Below, one piece after another: positions 60,750 to 64,000 of a DNA stretch of 64,000 nt. Origin of the DNA: Candidatus Hydrogenedentota bacterium. Lineage in GTDB: Bacteria > Hydrogenedentota > Hydrogenedentia > Hydrogenedentales > JAEUWI01. The position numbers were made by a program, and so were the translations under genes. Where the stretch lies: the NCBI GenBank assembly GCA_034669905.1, contig JAXMOL010000018.1, positions 64,001 to 128,000 on the forward strand, given 5' to 3'. The notes beneath the pieces were generated by a model. It saw only the letters and a list, made by a program, of their open reading frames with translations, searched no databases and was not told the origin of the DNA. Every line of letters begins with the position of its first letter. The stretch's first letter is position 1.

Positions 60750-62318
60750 CTACTCCAACGCACCGGAGCTGTCCGTACGAACTACCAGTACCAGCCCGTC
60801 GGATCCACCGCTGGCGATGATGTCACCATTCTCCGCGTATCCGATGGCGTTGAGGCTGCCTTCCCGAGTGGAGTCAAATCGTTGGGAAGAGACTCGCTCG
60901 ATTTCATCGGGTTTGATGACGGCCATGTAGGCGTAGGTAAAGGGTTCCCCCTCGGAAGCGCCACCCAGACGGAACGCGGTGCCCGCGACAGCGATTCGCC
61001 GGGCGCCAGCGCTGTTGCGGAATGCGGCATCCTGCGAAAGGACATTGAAACCTGCTTCCGGATAGAGATCGGTGGAACCGATGTTGAATGTGGCCTCATC
61101 AAAAGTGGCCAGGAAGAGATCCGTCGTTTCGTTTTCCTGGGGACTTCTTTGCCCAATGACGTGAATCGAGGGCAAGCCACCGTGGGAAATCAGTGACGTG
61201 GTGTTGAGACCAGAAGCTTGGTGGGTGGCGGAGAAGAGTTCATGCGTACCATCAGGGTCGTCCATAATCGGGGCAGTTAGTACGAGAAAGAGGCGTCGTG
61301 GAGAGGTTCGGGCGTCCGTAGCAACAATAATAAACCGGCCGTCATTCAGGGTGGGAAGCTCCACCTCAGCGCTACTGATAAAGGCGTCGGGCACGGTGAG
61401 AGTGGTTTCCCACCGGAGCGTTCCATCGGTGGCCAGACTGGCCAAGTAGATCTCGGAGGAAAGCGTGGGGTTGAGAATGGTTGAGGTGCCGACGACTATG
61501 ATCTCCCTGCCATCAGCCCCGTCGCGCACCAGGACGTCATCCAGGGATTCCATGGTGGGACTACCGTCGCGGGACAGGGTGTCGCCAAGGGACTGTGCCC
61601 AGACCGCATTGCCCGCGCTGTCCGCGCGGTAGACGTAGCCCGAAGATAGACCGGCAATGGCGTCGCCGCGGGAGCCGACCAACACGTAGTCGTCGTCCAA
61701 GGGACTCATCGCTGCAATGTTGATGTCGCGGGGGCCGCCCTCGATTATATCAGTGACAACCTGACTCCACAGCACGGTGTCCACCGCCGGATTTAGCCCG
61801 GCAATGAACCCAACATCGCGAATTGACCCCTTGAATTCAATGTTAGACTGGGCATTTCCAGCCACGACGGGGCCAGCGGAAGCGTTCGCCACGAGGGTAG
61901 TCCCGGTGAAGCCATAACCACCGATGGTGTCCAGAGACACGGGGGTGAAGGTGTAGATTCCTGTGAGGACCGGGACGGGGGGAGGGGGTTCAGCGGCGCG
62001 TACCGTGATGTAATTGGATTTTGTTACTATACTGCTTTCAAGTTGGACCGGGCCTGCCACGACCGCTGTAAGGCTTACGTTGTAAACGCCGGGGGTGGTG
62101 TATGTGTACGTCGGATTCTCTTCGAATTGGACGTCATCGGTCGTGAACTCACCAAAATCCCATATGTAGTTGCCGGGCGGGAGGGTGCGATTTGTGAAAT
62201 TTACCGTAAGGGGCGCAACGCCTTCGGTGACATCGGCCGAAAAGTCAGCATCTATCGTGCATCCGGTAAAGACTACTACAGACACCATTAGCATGAGGAT
62301 ACGAGCAAAGTTCTTCAA
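60750..62318 (-). CDS. PKD-domain lipoprotein with propeller-like C-terminal region
   Basis: TTG start giving MKNFARILMLMVSVVVFTGC (lipobox); PKD ADFSAD.GVAPLTVNF..YIWDFG..NPTYTYTTPGVYNVSLT. Confidence 0.8.
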   Translation of the reverse strand: MKNFARILMLMVSVVVFTGCTIDADFSADVTEGVAPLTVNFTNRTLPPGNYIWDFGEFTTDDVQFEENPTYTYTTPGVYNVSLTAVVAGPVQLESSIVTKSNYITVRAAEPPPPVPVLTGIYTFTPVSLDTIGGYGFTGTTLVANASAGPVVAGNAQSNIEFKGSIRDVGFIAGLNPAVDTVLWSQVVTDIIEGGPRDINIAAMSPLDDDYVLVGSRGDAIAGLSSGYVYRADSAGNAVWAQSLGDTLSRDGSPTMESLDDVLVRDGADGREIIVVGTSTILNPTLSSEIYLASLATDGTLRWETTLTVPDAFISSAEVELPTLNDGRFIIVATDARTSPRRLFLVLTAPIMDDPDGTHELFSATHQASGLNTTSLISHGGLPSIHVIGQRSPQENETTDLFLATFDEATFNIGSTDLYPEAGFNVLSQDAAFRNSAGARRIAVAGTAFRLGGASEGEPFTYAYMAVIKPDEIERVSSQRFDSTREGSLNAIGYAENGDIIASGGSDGLVLVVRTDSSGALE

Positions 62319-62379
62319 GAGTGGTGCCCCCCGATATCGTGTGGTTTCGACCATTCCTAGACGCCAGTTACGCACAAAA

Positions 62380-62408
62380 AGTGTATCCCGGAAATGGCGA
62401 TCTGTCAA
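62380..62408 (-). promoter_or_regulatory. Near-consensus sigma70 promoter of the PKD lipoprotein gene
   Basis: Minus strand TTGACA - 17 nt - TACACT. Confidence 0.65.
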
Positions 62409-62470
62409 GAATATAGCGCTCTTATTCTTGGTGAGATGGGGGTAGAGAGGTGATTCTATAGGCTCCTATG

Positions 62471-63997
62471 TCACTCTAGTAGAACGAGTTGCAAAGCATC
62501 CACAATGACGAATCCATTGGTCTCGGTGTTATCCACGGTAATGGTCGAATTGGTGCCCCCTTCGAGCCTGACGCGGCCGATGGGACGTAGAAGTTTTCCC
62601 GCTCCTAGTGATTGCGTCTGGTCCACCTGGATGGTCGACATGGCTTGCCCGCTTGAGATGCTAACAGGCACATTGGTGGCCCGCGTCGGATGGGCAGAAT
62701 AGGCCATGCGCACCTCATAGTCGCCATCTGCCGGTGCCGTGAATCGGAAGGTCGCCGTTGACTTGCCGTCGCCCTTTTTTTCGTCGTGGACGTAGCCCGT
62801 GCCCACGTGACGCTTAAAGTTGGTGGAATGCTTCCACGTGCCGGTCAATTCCGCATCGGCGTCATCCAGCACAATACCCGGCAGGGATTTGGGATCGACG
62901 GCGCCGAGTTTTTCGGGTTCGGGTGCCAGGGGCGGCAACTCGGGGAGCGACAACACCTGCCCTTGCGCCAGCAGTCGTGTGCGCAGTGTAGGATAGGGAA
63001 GATCCTGAACCGCCAGATCATCCCGCGCCGCCAGGGCTGCCGCGATGCCCGCGCTCTGGCCGAGGATCATCCACGTGGGTTCGACGCGGATGGACGAAAT
63101 GGCCACGTGGGTGCAGGAGAGGGTCACCGGCACCAGGAGGTTGCTGCACTCTTCGGGTTTGGGCAGAATGGCGCGGTAGGGGATGTGGTAGGGGTAGCCG
63201 TGACGACGCCCCTTCATCCGCACGGGAAAAATGGTACCTTCGTTGATGACGCCGCCGTCAGGGAGCACCACGCGCTGGACATCGTGGGAATCAATGGGGA
63301 ACGAAGAGACCACGATGGGGTCCTCCTTCTCCGGCGTCTCGAGGATGTCCTTTTCCGTGACGACATACAGGCCCTTCATGCGCCGTCCTTCGCGGACGTA
63401 GAGCCGGGGCGAAAAGTGGTCGTACGCGGCGAACTCATCCTTACAGAGGCCCAGGTTGATATATTTTTCCCGAATGGCCTCGGGCACGGCGGGGTCGTTG
63501 ACGAGGAAGTGGCGGAACTCGAGGGTGTACTGTTTGTGTGCCTCCCATATTGCTTTGCGCCCTTCGGCGTTGGCCTCGCTCCAGCCATTGCACGCCTCGA
63601 CAAGCCCGAGAGAGAAATTGCCGCCGATGGAATTGTTGCCGTCGAATTTATTGCCCGGCAGGGGATAGCTATCCCACCCGAAATTCTTGCCGCCCGCCAG
63701 GGCATAGCGACGAACCGCCTCGAAGCGGGCTGGGTCGTAGTGGTCTGGCTCGGGGAAGGGCACGCGGTTTTCCGGGTCGTCGGTGAGGCACAGGCGAAAG
63801 CTGTAGACCATGACCTTGTCATCGCCCTCCGCTTCGGGCCCGCCATCGGTGGTGGTGATGAGGGGGAGGGGCTTGCCGTTGTCGTCGAGACCCGAAATCT
63901 CCATCTTCCGTTTCGTGTATTGTTTGCCGGCGAGAGACTCCCCATACTCCGCCCGACCTTCGCGGCCGATGGTCCACGCCACGCCCGCCGCAGCCAT
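62471..63997 (-). CDS. FAD-dependent oxidoreductase (FAD_oxidored/xanthan-lyase-associated) with C-terminal golvesin-like domain; 5' end outside window
   Basis: MAAAGV..GRE, YSFRLCLT, LYVREGRRM, IDSH, YHIPYRAILP, NLLVPV.LSCTHVA.SSIRVEP.WM.GQSAG; C-terminal IVLDD..W...VDALQL. Confidence 0.9.
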   Translation of the reverse strand: MAAAGVAWTIGREGRAEYGESLAGKQYTKRKMEISGLDDNGKPLPLITTTDGGPEAEGDDKVMVYSFRLCLTDDPENRVPFPEPDHYDPARFEAVRRYALAGGKNFGWDSYPLPGNKFDGNNSIGGNFSLGLVEACNGWSEANAEGRKAIWEAHKQYTLEFRHFLVNDPAVPEAIREKYINLGLCKDEFAAYDHFSPRLYVREGRRMKGLYVVTEKDILETPEKEDPIVVSSFPIDSHDVQRVVLPDGGVINEGTIFPVRMKGRRHGYPYHIPYRAILPKPEECSNLLVPVTLSCTHVAISSIRVEPTWMILGQSAGIAAALAARDDLAVQDLPYPTLRTRLLAQGQVLSLPELPPLAPEPEKLGAVDPKSLPGIVLDDADAELTGTWKHSTNFKRHVGTGYVHDEKKGDGKSTATFRFTAPADGDYEVRMAYSAHPTRATNVPVSISSGQAMSTIQVDQTQSLGAGKLLRPIGRVRLEGGTNSTITVDNTETNGFVIVDALQLVLLE

Positions 63998-64000
63998 GAG

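Noticed and set aside
1..64000. tRNA, rRNA, CRISPR arrays, integrase or prophage genes
   Set aside because: None recognised by eye; a covariance-model scan would be needed to exclude small RNAs.

Overview
GC-rich bacterial chromosome segment of about 45 genes. It probably comes from Candidatus Hydrogenedentota or a similar PVC-like lineage: this is inferred from the GEGEGEGE linker plus duplicated 'SLSELLRVIQ' C-terminal module, the DUF1553/DUF1501 pair, sulfatases and DUF1080 proteins. Recognisable genes include valS (type 2), ilvE, a PilT-family ATPase, an LptD-like protein, an M20 amidohydrolase, an M50 protease, a PfkB kinase, a ketose 3-epimerase, a PL10 pectate lyase, two sulfatases, a RelE-type toxin-antitoxin pair, and a REP-associated tyrosine transposase with its REPs. 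No rRNA, tRNA, CRISPR array or prophage was recognised. The most interesting unexplained features are: (i) a four-gene exported cluster (repeat scaffold, LolA-like protein, 12-Cys secreted protein, DUF1573); (ii) an AT-richer InlB-B-repeat protein plus partner cassette followed by a headless repeat remnant, resembling a polymorphic-tip locus; (iii) a membrane protein with a caspase/CHAT-like His-Cys domain; (iv) a beta-propeller fused to LptD; (v) several pseudoenzymes (MshEN-FHA-dead GGDEF, tandem dead HATPase, GH20 lacking the DE pair); (vi) two paralogous Zn-ribbon/helical-repeat genes bracketing an epimerase; (vii) long nested palindromic elements in intergenic DNA. All family assignments come from motif recognition by eye, not from database searches.
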